In this document: piece after piece, positions 18,389 to 29,035 of the stretch
Layout: each line of letters starts with the position of its first letter
Position numbering within the stretch: position 1 is the stretch's first letter
From: a bacterium
GTDB lineage: Bacteria; Krumholzibacteriota; Krumholzibacteriia; G020349025
DNA: 60,963 nucleotides
Direction: 5' to 3'
Assembly: GCA_031362565.1 (NCBI GenBank)
Contig: JANLSU010000130.1
Span: 1-60,963 of the forward strand
Position numbers and translations under genes: made by a program
Notes under the pieces: generated by a model
The model's input: only the letters and a program-made list of their open reading frames with translations
Database searches by the model: none
Told to the model about the DNA's origin: nothing

Positions 18389-20077
18389 TCACATGTTGAT
18401 GTAGTTCGGCCCGCCGCCACCTTCGGGCGTGACCCAGTTGATGATCTGGTACGGGTCCATGATGTCACACGTCTTACAGTGGACGCAATTCGTGAAGTTC
18501 ACGAACAGCTTGCGCCCGCCGCCCGCCGCTTCGACCATCTCGTAGACGTTGGCCGGGCAGAAGTGGGTGCACGGGTTGCCGTACTCCTGCGTACAGCGGC
18601 TGTTGCAGATGTCGGTGTCGGCGATCTGCAGGTGGCTCGGCTGGTCTTCCTCGTGCGTCGTGCCCGAGTGGTAGACGTCGCTCAGCTTCTTGAAGGTGAG
18701 CTTCTCGTCGAAACTGGTCTCCGGGGGCCGCATGCGGCCGTCGATTGCCGCGCGTTTCAACATGTGCGAATAGTCGGGGGCCATGCGCCGCCGGTCGAAG
18801 AGACCGCGCCCGCCGCTCACCATCTGGAACCCGGTGTGCAGCATGCCGGGGAGGAGCCCACCCTCGAAGCCCTGGCGGAAGTTGCGCACCTTGTAGAGTT
18901 CGTCGCGCGCCCAGCTCTTCTCGAAGCGGTCCTCGTACGACTTGAGCGTCGCCGCATCGAAGCGCTCGGCGAGCATTGCATCGCGAATCGCTTCGGCGGC
19001 CAGCATCCCGGACTTCATCGACAGATGAATGCCCTTCAAGCGCATACCGTTCAAGAAACCGCCCGTTTCGCCGACCAAGAGCACACCGTCGGCGTACAAA
19101 CGCGGCATCGCCCAGTAGCCGCCGTCGGCGATCGTCTTGGCGCCGTAGGCCACGAGTTCGCCACCCTGCAACAGCGACGCGATGTATGGATGCGTCTTGA
19201 ACTTCGAGTACACCATATGCGGATCGGTATCGGGGTGCTTGTAGTCGAGCCCCACCACGAAGCCGATCGACAAAATGTCGTTGTCCTGGTTGTAGATGAA
19301 ACCGCCGCCGTACATGTCGTTCGGGAGCGGAAAGCCCATCGTGTGGATGACACGGCCTTCACGCAGCGATCCAGCCGGCATGCGCCACAATTCTTTGATG
19401 CCGGTGGAATACAACTGCGGGACGCGATCCCGGTCGAGACCCAACTTTGGGATGAGGTGTTTGGCGAGACTGCCGCGTGGCCCCTCGCCGAGCACCGTCA
19501 CCTTGGCGTGAATATCGATGCCGGGTTCGTAGTTGCCCTTGGGTTCGCCGGTCTTGTTGATGCCGCGATCGCCGGTGCGGACGCCGATGACGCGGTCGCC
19601 GTCGTACAACACCTCACGGCCCGCGAAGCCCGGGAAGATATTCACCCCGGCGGCTTCGACTTGCGCCGCCAGCCAGCGGGTCACTTTGTGCAGCGAAACG
19701 ATGAGGTTGCCGTGATTCTGCAGCGGCGGCGGCGTGATCGGAAACTTGAGCTTGCCCGCTTGCGACAAAAAATAGACCGCGTCGGTCTCGACCTTCTTCT
19801 CGATTGGAAAGTCGCGTGATTCGAAATCGGGCAGGAGTTCGCGGAGCGCGCGTGGATCGAGCACCGCACCCGAGAGCGAGTGCATGCCGACTTCGCTGCC
19901 TTTTTCGATGATGGCGATATTCAGTTCGCCGAGCTTGCGGCCGGCGCCGGCGCGCTCGACTGCTTCGTCGTGCGCCCGTGCAAGCTGTGTCAGGTGCAGC
20001 GCACCCGCCAAACTGGCGGGCCCGGCGCCCACGAACAACACATCGACTTCGAGCACTTCGCGGTTCACGTCGCTCAT
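18389..20077 (-). CDS. Electron transfer flavoprotein-quinone oxidoreductase (ETF-QO)
   Basis: GAGPA FAD motif, HSLSGA, GIKELW, C-terminal FCPANVYE..NCVHCKTCDI..GGGGPNY. Confidence 0.93.
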   Translation of the reverse strand: MSDVNREVLEVDVLFVGAGPASLAGALHLTQLARAHDEAVERAGAGRKLGELNIAIIEKGSEVGMHSLSGAVLDPRALRELLPDFESRDFPIEKKVETDAVYFLSQAGKLKFPITPPPLQNHGNLIVSLHKVTRWLAAQVEAAGVNIFPGFAGREVLYDGDRVIGVRTGDRGINKTGEPKGNYEPGIDIHAKVTVLGEGPRGSLAKHLIPKLGLDRDRVPQLYSTGIKELWRMPAGSLREGRVIHTMGFPLPNDMYGGGFIYNQDNDILSIGFVVGLDYKHPDTDPHMVYSKFKTHPYIASLLQGGELVAYGAKTIADGGYWAMPRLYADGVLLVGETGGFLNGMRLKGIHLSMKSGMLAAEAIRDAMLAERFDAATLKSYEDRFEKSWARDELYKVRNFRQGFEGGLLPGMLHTGFQMVSGGRGLFDRRRMAPDYSHMLKRAAIDGRMRPPETSFDEKLTFKKLSDVYHSGTTHEEDQPSHLQIADTDICNSRCTQEYGNPCTHFCPANVYEMVEAAGGGRKLFVNFTNCVHCKTCDIMDPYQIINWVTPEGGGGPNYINM

Positions 20078-20209
20078 CCCGTCCACTCCCCAGTTCGCGC
20101 GTCCCCGACGTGGGTTCGCACCGCCGCCTCGCGACCGCCGCAGTCTAACAGGGTGCCGCGGGGCCCGCCAACCCTTGTCGGCGCGCGCTTTCTCGGCGAA
20201 AATCCCGCC

Positions 20210-20857
20210 ATGGCACTCGACCCCAGCCGGGCGCTCGCGCACTACTTCTATGACCGGTCGGCCGAGATCGTTGCCGAGCGCCTTCTCGGCTGCGTGCTCG
20301 TGCGGCGCTGGACACAGGGCCGGGCGACCCACGTGCTCGCGGGGCGGATCGTCGAAACCGAAGCCTATGTCGGCGAGGCGGATCGAGCCAGCCATGCGCA
20401 CGCCGGACGGACGGCGCGCAATGCGGTCATGTACGGACCCGCGGGCCACGCCTACGTCTATTTCATCTACGGCATGTACGACATGATGAACGTCGTCTGC
20501 CGGGGGCCCGGCCGTCCGGAAGCGGTGCTCATTCGGGCCCTCGAACCGGTCGCGGGGCTCGAAACGATGCGCCTCTTGCGCCCGAGCCGGCGTGATCGCG
20601 ACATCGCGAGTGGTCCCGGCAAGCTGTGCCGGGCGCTCGCCATCACGCGGGCGCTCAATGGTTCGGCGCTGAACGGCGCACCGCTTTGGATCGAGCGCGG
20701 CCGGCCGCGGCGGGCGGAAAGCGTCGGGCGCGGACCGCGCATCGGCGTCGAGTACGCGGGCCCTGACGCGTTACGCCACCTGCGCTTCTTCCTGCACGGC
20801 AACCCGCACGTCTCGCGGGTCGCCGTTAGATTGGCAAGCTCACCGATGAAGATCTGA
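20210..20857 (+). CDS. mpg: DNA-3-methyladenine glycosylase (AAG/MPG type)
   Basis: GRIVETEAY, AYVYFIYGMY, AVLIRALEP, GPGKLC, PRIGV. Confidence 0.92.
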   Translation: MALDPSRALAHYFYDRSAEIVAERLLGCVLVRRWTQGRATHVLAGRIVETEAYVGEADRASHAHAGRTARNAVMYGPAGHAYVYFIYGMYDMMNVVCRGPGRPEAVLIRALEPVAGLETMRLLRPSRRDRDIASGPGKLCRALAITRALNGSALNGAPLWIERGRPRRAESVGRGPRIGVEYAGPDALRHLRFFLHGNPHVSRVAVRLASSPMKI

Positions 20858-20893
20858 CGGCGATGTTCGCCTATTTGCGCAGTATCCCGCCGA

Positions 20894-22186
20894 TCACGAA
20901 CCACGTGCCGGAATGGCAACCGCCGGCGGGGGCCGGCGACTGATCGCGCCGGCTTTGGCGCGCATGAGGATCACCAAAGTTGCGGCACCGAGAAGGATTG
21001 CCGCGCCGCCGACGATTTGCTGCGGCGGCAAGCGGCGCGCCGCCAAGCCGGCGGCACCGATGCTGATTGCTTCGGCGAGTCCAATTGCCGCAACCGCGCA
21101 GCTCATGACGCGTGCGAGTGCGGCGGGTGGCGCTTCTTCTTGCAAGAGTGTCGTCGCGGGCACAAGGACGAAGGCGATCCCGATGCCGAGTGCAAAGCTG
21201 GCGGCGAAAGCTGCCGGCAAGTGGGCGACCCAAGCAAAGGCGCCGAGCGCGAGTGCGACGGCCGCCATGCCGCAGGTCACCGCCGCCAGTTTCGAGCCAC
21301 GCCTGGCGATCGGCAAGACAATGGCCGCGCCGGCGATTGCACCGGCACCGAGAGTGGAGAGCAGGAAACCGGTGGCGCGCGCGCCGGCTCCATAAAGGTC
21401 GCGCGCCAAGACGGCATAGAGCGCAAGCCAGGCGCCTAGGGCAGCGATCGTCAGAAGCGCGCGGCCGACGGCGGCACGAATGCGCCCAGGGCGCAGGACA
21501 ATCGCAAATCCCGCCCGCATCTCGCTCGGGACACTGCGCCATGCACTCCTTCCCGCCAACGTCGCGCTGCGGGGCGCGAGCGGCTGCATGCGGGGCAAGG
21601 TTGCGAGCCACACGGCCGACCACGCAAAGCTCACGGCGTCGATCACGAAACAACTGCCCGCTCCGAATGCGCCGACGAGGGTGCCGGCGATGGCGGGTCC
21701 GAGGATCTTGGCCAAGTGGCCGGCTTGGCTCGTGAGGGCATTCGCCGCCAGCAGCCGCTCGCGTCGGACGAGGCGTGGCAGGGCCGCGGCCTGCGCCGGA
21801 TTGAAGAAGCAGCCGAGCGACTGCAACGCGAAGAGCAAAGCCGCGACCCCAGCCACGCTCGTCGTCCACAGCATGGTCAAGACCACGAGCCCGCGCAGGA
21901 GGTCGCTCGCCACCAACACGCGCCGCAGCTCCCAACGTTCGATGCAGACACCGGCAATCGGCGCGACCAATACGAGCGGCAAGAGATAGGCGGCGGCGAG
22001 CGCCGCCATCGCGCCGGCACTGGCATGCCACTCGAGGGCCACGCGCTCGTATAGCGCCAAGAAGGCGAGCCAGTCGCCGAGGTTGCTTCCCAAGTGGGCG
22101 ATGAACAGAGCCACAAAGGTGCGATCGCCGAGCAACGCGCCGACGTCGGCGGCCGTCCGGTGGCGTGTCGCATGCGTGGCGGTCAC
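20894..22186 (-). CDS. MFS transporter (MefA/EntS-like)
   Basis: About 12 TM; SNLGDW, VLVASDLLR, PAQAAALPRLV..ANAL. Confidence 0.85.
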   Translation of the reverse strand: MTATHATRHRTAADVGALLGDRTFVALFIAHLGSNLGDWLAFLALYERVALEWHASAGAMAALAAAYLLPLVLVAPIAGVCIERWELRRVLVASDLLRGLVVLTMLWTTSVAGVAALLFALQSLGCFFNPAQAAALPRLVRRERLLAANALTSQAGHLAKILGPAIAGTLVGAFGAGSCFVIDAVSFAWSAVWLATLPRMQPLAPRSATLAGRSAWRSVPSEMRAGFAIVLRPGRIRAAVGRALLTIAALGAWLALYAVLARDLYGAGARATGFLLSTLGAGAIAGAAIVLPIARRGSKLAAVTCGMAAVALALGAFAWVAHLPAAFAASFALGIGIAFVLVPATTLLQEEAPPAALARVMSCAVAAIGLAEAISIGAAGLAARRLPPQQIVGGAAILLGAATLVILMRAKAGAISRRPPPAVAIPARGS

Positions 22187-22313
22187 TGTGTCGGCTCCAC
22201 GTCCGGCAGTCTACACGTCGCGCCGCGGGGCAACAACGCAAGGCGTTTGCCCCAAACGCTTCCCGCCGCGTATGATGCCGGCGAGGTTCGCACCTACGGG
22301 GGGAGGTTTGGGG

Positions 22314-23774
22314 ATGACGGCTGCACTCATCGACGATCTCGAACGTCTCCTCGGCGCTCGCGTGCACCACCGCCCCGAGGACTTGCTCGTCTACGAGTGC
22401 GACGGCTTGACCGTCTACAAGCAACCGCCCATCGCCGTCGTGTTTCCCGAATCCACCGCCGAGGTTGCGGCCGTCGTGCGCGCCTGTGCCGCCCACAACG
22501 TGCCCTTCGTCGCACGCGGCGCCGGTACCGGCCTCTCGGGCGGGGCACGTCCCGTCGAAGGCGGCGTGCTCATTGCGACGACGCGCATGCGCCGGATCCT
22601 GCAAGTCGATCTCGATGATCGCTTCGCCATCGTGCAACCGGGTGTGGTGAATATCCTGCTGACCCAGGCGGTCGCGCCGGACGGCTTTTCCTATGCGCCG
22701 GATCCATCGAGCCAGATGGCCTGCACGATCGGCGGCAACGTAGCGGAGAATTCCGGCGGGCCGCACTGTCTCAAGCATGGCATGACGACCAAGCATATTC
22801 TCGGGCTGACGGTGGTACTGCCCGACGGGCGGGTGATGACGATCGGCGGCCCCGAGCCCGATGCACCGGGCCAGGATCTTGTCGGTCTCTTCGTCGGCAG
22901 CGAAGGCACGCTCGGCATCGCGACCGAAATCGTCGTCCGCATCGAACCCAAGCCGCAGACCGTCAGCACTTTCTTGGCGTCCTACGCCCGCATGACCGAT
23001 GCTTGCGCAACGGTGTCGGAAATCATCGCCCGCGGGCTCGATCCCGCCGCCCTCGAAATTCTCGATCGCTTGACCATCGATGCGGTCGAATCCTCGGTGT
23101 ATGCGGCCGGTTATCCACGCGAAGCGGATGCGGTCTTGTTGATCGAAATGGATGGGCTGGCTCCCGAAGTCGAAGCGGCCGGCGCTGAGGTTGCAGCCAT
23201 CTGCCGGGCACACGGCGCCATCGACTTGCAGGAAGCGCGCGATGAAGCGGCGCGCAAGAAACTCTGGAAAGGCCGCAAGGGTGCCTTCGGCGCCATGGGG
23301 CGGATCGCGACCGACCTGCTCGTCATGGATGGCGTCGTACCGCGCCGCAAACTGCAGTGGATCCTCGAGGAAATCTACCGGGTGCGGGAGAAATACGGCG
23401 TCCGATTGTCGAACGTCTTCCACGCCGGCGACGGCAATCTGCATCCCAACATCTCGTACGACGGGCGCGACAAGGAGGCGACGCGCCGGGTCCTTGCGGC
23501 CGGCGAAGAGATCTTGCGTCTGTGCGTCGCAGCCGGCGGCACGCTGTCGGGAGAACACGGCATCGGCGTCGAAAAACGCGAATTCATGCCGGTCTTTTTC
23601 AGCGACATCGATCTCGAGATCATGCGCCGGGTGCATGATGCTTGGAATCCGCGCGGTCTTTGCAACCCCGGCAAGGTCTTCCCAACCGCGAAGGCGTGCG
23701 TCGAAGCGCGTGGCCGCATGCTGACGCTCGACACCGAACTGCCGCCCGAACTCGTCCCGGGGGCCAACGCATGA
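22314..23774 (+). CDS. glcD: Glycolate oxidase FAD-linked subunit
   Basis: YECDG, RGAGTGLSGG, PDPSSQ..CTIGGNVAENSGG, HAGDGNLHP, GEHGIG. Confidence 0.92.
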   Translation: MTAALIDDLERLLGARVHHRPEDLLVYECDGLTVYKQPPIAVVFPESTAEVAAVVRACAAHNVPFVARGAGTGLSGGARPVEGGVLIATTRMRRILQVDLDDRFAIVQPGVVNILLTQAVAPDGFSYAPDPSSQMACTIGGNVAENSGGPHCLKHGMTTKHILGLTVVLPDGRVMTIGGPEPDAPGQDLVGLFVGSEGTLGIATEIVVRIEPKPQTVSTFLASYARMTDACATVSEIIARGLDPAALEILDRLTIDAVESSVYAAGYPREADAVLLIEMDGLAPEVEAAGAEVAAICRAHGAIDLQEARDEAARKKLWKGRKGAFGAMGRIATDLLVMDGVVPRRKLQWILEEIYRVREKYGVRLSNVFHAGDGNLHPNISYDGRDKEATRRVLAAGEEILRLCVAAGGTLSGEHGIGVEKREFMPVFFSDIDLEIMRRVHDAWNPRGLCNPGKVFPTAKACVEARGRMLTLDTELPPELVPGANA

Positions 23775-25036
23775 CCGTCGACACTGAACGCCTTGCCGGA
23801 CTGTTCGGAGCTGCGTCGGTGGGCGTGTTGCCGGCCTTGCCGCACCTGCCGGCATTTTTTCCCGACGACCCCGAAGCGGCTTGCGAAGCGCTGCGGTTTG
23901 CAGCCCGCGAAGCGCTGCGCGTCATCGTCGCCGGCGCCGGCGAACACTTGCCGCCCGGTGCGGCGACCCAGGCCGCCGGCTTCGTGATGTCGATGCAGCG
24001 GCTCGATCGCATTCTCGAATACGAACCGGAGGATCTCGTCGTGACCGTGCAAGCGGGCGTCACGCTGCGGGCGCTCACGGTGCTCGTCGCACCGCACGCG
24101 CAACGTTTGGGGCCCGATGCCGCCTTTGGGCAGGCGGCGACGGTGGGCGGGGCGGCGGCCGCCAATCGCTGCGGAATCGCGCGCCGGGTGCGCGGCACGT
24201 GGCGTGACGCGGTGCTCGGGGCGCGCGTCGCGCATGCCGACGGGCGCATCTCCAGGACCGGTTCACGCGTCGTCAAGAACGTGACCGGGTTCGATCTCGC
24301 GAAGGTCTATGTCGGGTCACGCGGCCGGCTCGGGCTCTTCACCGAACTCGATCTGCGGCTCGGATCGCGCCCGGTGTCCAGTGCGACGGCCGTGACGATG
24401 GTGGCGCGCGCGACATTGCACGAGCGCTGGCTCGAGGTGCATCACAGTCCGCTTGCACCCGTGGCGCTGGTTCTCGTCGAAGGCGAATTCGCCGCGCCGG
24501 GGACAACGGCCCGAGCCGCACTACCCGCCCAACGCGATCACTCGCATCTCGTGGCGCGCTTCGAAGGCCATGCCAAGGCGGTGCGGTGGCAGGTGCAAGA
24601 GTTTCAGCGCTTGCTGGGCGGCGAGGAATGGCTGGATGACAAGGGCGATGAACTCGAAGCGGCGCTCCGCCAGGGCCTCGAACCCCGAATCGGCCAGTGT
24701 TCGGCGCGCATTCTGTGCCGGCCGACACATGTCGCCGCCGTCTTGGACGCGCTTCGCACCGGCGCCAATCCGCCTGCCGGCATCCTGGCGCTATGTAATG
24801 CCGGCGTGTTGAACGCCCACTGGCCGGTCGTCCATTCGACCGACGGACAGGACCTCGTCCAGCGTCTCGCCGCGGTCGGAGCGCGCATCGAGTTCGAAGC
24901 CCTGCCTGCGGGAGTCGAAATTGCATCCCGCGAGGCACTCGATCCGGTCGCCCAAGATCTCGTGCGCCAGATGCAGACGGCCCTCGACCCGGCCGGCTTG
25001 TTTGCAACGGGAGCGGCCCCGGGAGGCGCGCCTTGA
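23771..25036 (+). CDS. glcE: Glycolate oxidase FAD-binding subunit
   Basis: YEPEDLVVTVQAG, VVKNVTGFDL, LDPAG; lies between glcD and glcF. Confidence 0.85.
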   Translation: MTVDTERLAGLFGAASVGVLPALPHLPAFFPDDPEAACEALRFAAREALRVIVAGAGEHLPPGAATQAAGFVMSMQRLDRILEYEPEDLVVTVQAGVTLRALTVLVAPHAQRLGPDAAFGQAATVGGAAAANRCGIARRVRGTWRDAVLGARVAHADGRISRTGSRVVKNVTGFDLAKVYVGSRGRLGLFTELDLRLGSRPVSSATAVTMVARATLHERWLEVHHSPLAPVALVLVEGEFAAPGTTARAALPAQRDHSHLVARFEGHAKAVRWQVQEFQRLLGGEEWLDDKGDELEAALRQGLEPRIGQCSARILCRPTHVAAVLDALRTGANPPAGILALCNAGVLNAHWPVVHSTDGQDLVQRLAAVGARIEFEALPAGVEIASREALDPVAQDLVRQMQTALDPAGLFATGAAPGGAP

Positions 25037-26352
25037 CGGCAGCCAAGACCGGCTACGACATCACGCTCGATTGCGTGCACTGCGGACTCTGTCTGCCGGC
25101 CTGCCCGACCTACGGCCAACTGGGCGATGAAGCGGACTCGCCGCGCGGCCGGATCTATCTCATGCGCGCCCACTCGGAAGGCCGCCAGCCGGCGACCGAA
25201 GCATTCTGGGAGCACCTCGATCGCTGCATCGTCTGCCGCGCTTGTGAAACGGCGTGCCCGAGCGGCGTCCAGTTCGGCAGCATGATGGAGGAGTTTCGCG
25301 CCCGGGTGCGGCCCGAGGTCGAGGCACAATCGCCGCCGCGTGGCTTCGCCGCGCGGGCGCGCGCCGCGCTCGGACGCGCGATGCTCTTGCGGGTGGTGCC
25401 GCATCGCCGCCGCCTGCACTGGATGCTCGAGGGGTTGCGTCTCTATCAAGTAAGCGGGGCGGCGCAGGTCGTGCGCCGCACGGGCCTGTTACGGGCGCTC
25501 GGCGTCGCCTCGCAGGAGGCTTTGAGTCCAGTGGTGCCGCCCCGCCGCCAACGCGCTCCGTGGCCGGCGCTCCTGCCGGCGATCGGCCCGCGCCGCGCCC
25601 GGGTGCTCTTCGTCCGCGGTTGCATCACGCCGGAAGTTCTGCCCGAGATGCACACCGCGTCGCTTGCCACACTGCGTCACAATGGATGTGAAGTCCTGAC
25701 GCCACCGGCGCAAACGTGCTGCGGGGCACTGCATTTTCACGCCGGACATCGCGCCGCCGGGCTCGAACTCCTGGCGCAAAACGTGCGCGCTTTCGACTTG
25801 CGCGACATCGACGCGATCATCGTGAATGCAGCAGGTTGCGGCTCGACGCTCAAGGAGTACGGGAGCTTGAGCGCCGGTGAATCCGGCGTTGCGACTGCCG
25901 CCGCTGCCTTCGCATCCCGGGTCCGCGACATCAGTGAATTCCTGGATGAACTGGGGCTCGTAGCACCCCCAAACGAGGTCCGGGCACGCGTCGCCTACGA
26001 CGAACCGTGTCATCTGCTGCACGGGCAACGCGTGTCGGAAGCGCCCAAGGCTCTCTTGCGCCGCATTCCGGGTCTCGAACTCGTGCCGCTCCGCGATGCC
26101 GATCGCTGCTGCGGCAGCGGTGGGATCTATAATGTCTCGCACCCCGAATTGGCCGGCGCCATCCTGGACGAAAAGGTGACGCATCTCGCCGCCAGCGGTG
26201 CCGAAGTCGTTGCGACCGGCAATCCCGGCTGCATCCTCCAGATTCGCCATGGCCTTCGACTCCGTTCCGCCACCGATCCGCGGCTTGCCGCCGTCACGGT
26301 CGTGCACCCCATGGAACTGTTGGCGCGCGCGTACGGTACCCCGGCGTCGTAG
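25033..26352 (+). CDS. glcF: Glycolate oxidase Fe-S subunit
   Basis: CVHCGLCLPACPTY, SPRGRI, second 4Fe-4S motif, two CCG domains. Confidence 0.9.
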   Translation: MTAAKTGYDITLDCVHCGLCLPACPTYGQLGDEADSPRGRIYLMRAHSEGRQPATEAFWEHLDRCIVCRACETACPSGVQFGSMMEEFRARVRPEVEAQSPPRGFAARARAALGRAMLLRVVPHRRRLHWMLEGLRLYQVSGAAQVVRRTGLLRALGVASQEALSPVVPPRRQRAPWPALLPAIGPRRARVLFVRGCITPEVLPEMHTASLATLRHNGCEVLTPPAQTCCGALHFHAGHRAAGLELLAQNVRAFDLRDIDAIIVNAAGCGSTLKEYGSLSAGESGVATAAAAFASRVRDISEFLDELGLVAPPNEVRARVAYDEPCHLLHGQRVSEAPKALLRRIPGLELVPLRDADRCCGSGGIYNVSHPELAGAILDEKVTHLAASGAEVVATGNPGCILQIRHGLRLRSATDPRLAAVTVVHPMELLARAYGTPAS

Positions 26353-26502
26353 CCGACGCCGGCGCCCGAGCCGGAAATTGCACTGTCGACCGCCAAGAAA
26401 GCGCCGCACGTCACTTGTCACACACGACTAGCGGTCGTCGGCGCGAGCAGACTGGGCGCGGTCGTGCGGGGCGGTTGGCGCGCGGCAGGTCTTTTTCCGG
26501 AT

Positions 26503-26525
26503 TTTTTTGCTGCGGAGGCAAAAAA
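26503..26525. promoter_or_regulatory. Inverted repeat TTTTTTGC-N7-GCAAAAAA in the AT-rich region upstream of the HU gene
   Basis: Read directly; function unknown. Confidence 0.35.
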
Positions 26526-26651
26526 GAGCTTGTTTTATCGGCTCGAATGCCGTACAAAACATGCCGCTACAGTGACCGGGTGCCCTCCGCTGCCCCGGCA
26601 TTTACGGTAAAAACGGAAAAGTTTTCTCTCGAATGGAGAACGATTTTGGTA

Positions 26652-27026
26652 ATGAAGAAGAAAGCTGCGAAGAAGCCGGCGGCCAAGAAGGGCCCCGTCG
26701 CCTACAAGTTCGGCAAGGCTGGCAAAGTGCGCAGCAAGAGCGAGATCTTCTCGAACATCGCGGACAACACGGGTCTGACCCGCAAGCAAGTGTCGGGCGT
26801 GTTCGAGTGCCTCGCCGCGATGATGGGCCAGGACCTCGCCCGGTCCGGACCAGAACTCTTCGCGCTGCCGGGTTTGGCCAAGTTCACCGTGGTGCACAAG
26901 CCCGCGACCAAGGCGCGCAAGGGCATCAACCCGTTCACGGGTCAAGAAGCCATGTTCAAGGCCAAGCCGGCCCGCAAGGTCGTCAAGGTGCGCCCCTTGA
27001 AGGGCGTCAAGGACATGGTGGCCTGA
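26652..27026 (+). CDS. HU-family DNA-binding protein with Lys/Ala-rich N-terminal tail
   Basis: KSEI...TGLTRKQV, LPGLAKF, KPATKARKGINPFTG..FKAKPARKVVKVRP. Confidence 0.9.
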   Translation: MKKKAAKKPAAKKGPVAYKFGKAGKVRSKSEIFSNIADNTGLTRKQVSGVFECLAAMMGQDLARSGPELFALPGLAKFTVVHKPATKARKGINPFTGQEAMFKAKPARKVVKVRPLKGVKDMVA

Positions 27027-27049
27027 GCCACGCTTCGTGTCCGTTGCAA

Positions 27050-27080
27050 GAACGCCCGGCGGGTCCACCGCCGGGCGTTC
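27050..27080 (+). terminator. Stem-loop after the HU gene (13-bp stem)
   Basis: GAACGCCCGGCGG-GTCCA-CCGCCGGGCGTTC; weak U tract. Confidence 0.65.
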
Positions 27081-27109
27081 GTGTCTAGAGACGCCGCGCG
27101 CTGCAAAGG

Positions 27110-27910
27110 ATGCGGGCTGTGAGCCGACACTGGATCCCAAGCATGTGCGGCGGCACTTACGTGCGCGCCTCGGGTCCGCCGGACGGCGGGTTCGATCTTT
27201 GGTGCGCGCATGGGCTCGGCGAGTGGGGCTTGGTGTTCGCGCCGGCGTTCGACTCGGGGCTGCCGCGCCGCTGCCGGCTGCTCGTACCCGACATGCCGGG
27301 TTGCGGTGCGTCCTTGCCACTCGACGGGCCCGCGACGCTCGATGGATGGAGCGCCGAGGTCGCGCGCCTCATTGACGCCGTGTCGGGGACACGCCCGGTC
27401 GCTCTCCTCGGTCATTCCGTGGGCGGCATGGTGATGACCCAGGTGGCAGCCGCGCTCGGTCGGCAAGCCCGCTTGGTGATCGATGTCGAGGGCAATCTCA
27501 CCGCATCGGATGCGCATTTCAGCGGTCTAGCGCAGCGGCATCCGACTGCCGAAGCCTACCACCGTGAACTCCTGGACCGTGTCGAGGGCGAAATACCCGC
27601 CGGCGAGCCGGGCGTTGAACAGTACCGGGCGGCATTGGTTTGCGCCGATCCGCAAACACTGTGGCAACTGGGGCGGTCGGTGGCGGAGCGTTCGACGCCG
27701 TCTGAAGCGGGCGCCGAGTTCGCGCGTCTCGCGGTTCCCAAGTCGTACTACTACGGAACGCGAAGTCTCTCCGCCGAGTCGCGAACATTCCTGGCCGCCG
27801 AAGCCATCCCGGCGCGCGCCTTCAGCAACCTCGGCCATTGGCTCATGCTGGAAGCGCCGGATCGGTTCTATGCCGCCGTCGAAGAGGACCTTGGGCGCGC
27901 CGTATTCTGA
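27110..27910 (+). CDS. Alpha/beta hydrolase
   Basis: HGLG, PDMPGCGAS, GHSVGG, GHWLM; start may be 27143. Confidence 0.85.
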   Translation: MRAVSRHWIPSMCGGTYVRASGPPDGGFDLWCAHGLGEWGLVFAPAFDSGLPRRCRLLVPDMPGCGASLPLDGPATLDGWSAEVARLIDAVSGTRPVALLGHSVGGMVMTQVAAALGRQARLVIDVEGNLTASDAHFSGLAQRHPTAEAYHRELLDRVEGEIPAGEPGVEQYRAALVCADPQTLWQLGRSVAERSTPSEAGAEFARLAVPKSYYYGTRSLSAESRTFLAAEAIPARAFSNLGHWLMLEAPDRFYAAVEEDLGRAVF

Positions 27911-27919
27911 TCGCGTTGG

Positions 27920-29035
27920 TTATGCCGGCGGCCGCAGGCGCGGCGACAGCCGCTCGAACACGGCGTCGAGTTCGGCGCGCCGGGTGTGTACGAGCGCCGG
28001 ATCCGGCGGGTGGACGGCGAGGTGTTCGAGGAATGCGAGCAGCTGCTCGGCGTCCGTCATGCTGACGTATTCGGCGCCGATGCCGGTTTCGGGCGTCATG
28101 TTGTGGTAGTTGCCGAGCGCCAATGCCAAGGCGCCCACCGGCCGGCCGTGCAGCACGTACAAGGATGCCTCGCACGCGCCGCCGGTCATGAGCGCGCGCT
28201 GCCACGCGAAGTCGGGTTCACTGGTGGCGAGCGCCTTGGCTTCCGTCGACAGCCACAGATCCATGCGTGGGTCGAAAGCGGTCATGCGGTCGCCGACCCG
28301 CACCACCGGTCCTGCACCAATCCGGAAGCCCGGCAGTTCCTTGCTTGTCTCGAGCACGATAAGCGGCCGGTCGGGTGACAGGATCGGGCTTCGCAAGACG
28401 CCGCCCGCACCCACCAGTCCGACCTCCTCGGCGCGCGTGAAGACGCCCATCACGTCGGCGGTCACCCCGCGCCGCTTCAACGTGCCGAGCACGGTCAGAA
28501 CAAGAGCGCACGACAGCAGATTGTCGAGGGCGCCGGCGCGCAGCACGCCACCGTCGACTTCGCAGGCGATGTCGAAGCAGCCGAAGCTGCCGCTTCGCAC
28601 CGGCGCATCGAATTCGAGATCGAGCACTTGTTCGGGGCGCCGGCCGCTAATCGGACGCTGGGTGACGCGCCGAATGCGGCCGCGCACCGGTTCGGGTGGT
28701 CCATGCGTCAGATCGCGGTCCGAGGGTTCCGGATAACAGGCCACGGCGGCGCCGGACAAGTGTTCGGCGGTCACGCCACCCAGGAACAAACCCCCCGCGC
28801 GCGTCCCAGGCTCGGTGATCTCGAAGCCCGGATGATCCATGTGGGCAGTAAATGCAATGGGTTCGGCGCGTCCCTTCCGGTAACCAACGTAGAGGTTGCC
28901 GTAACGGTCATGTTTTACCGTCAGTTCGTGCCTTCGCGCCGCGCGTTCGAGCGCCGCGGACACATACTGTTCGCGATACGGCGCGGTCGGCAGGCGCAGG
29001 ATGGATTCCAAGAACCGGCGCTCGGTTTGCTTCAT
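27920..29035 (-). CDS. M20/M28/M42-clan metallopeptidase
   Basis: AHMDH, LDN, RAEEVG, YHN metal ligands. Confidence 0.8.
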   Translation of the reverse strand: MKQTERRFLESILRLPTAPYREQYVSAALERAARRHELTVKHDRYGNLYVGYRKGRAEPIAFTAHMDHPGFEITEPGTRAGGLFLGGVTAEHLSGAAVACYPEPSDRDLTHGPPEPVRGRIRRVTQRPISGRRPEQVLDLEFDAPVRSGSFGCFDIACEVDGGVLRAGALDNLLSCALVLTVLGTLKRRGVTADVMGVFTRAEEVGLVGAGGVLRSPILSPDRPLIVLETSKELPGFRIGAGPVVRVGDRMTAFDPRMDLWLSTEAKALATSEPDFAWQRALMTGGACEASLYVLHGRPVGALALALGNYHNMTPETGIGAEYVSMTDAEQLLAFLEHLAVHPPDPALVHTRRAELDAVFERLSPRLRPPA

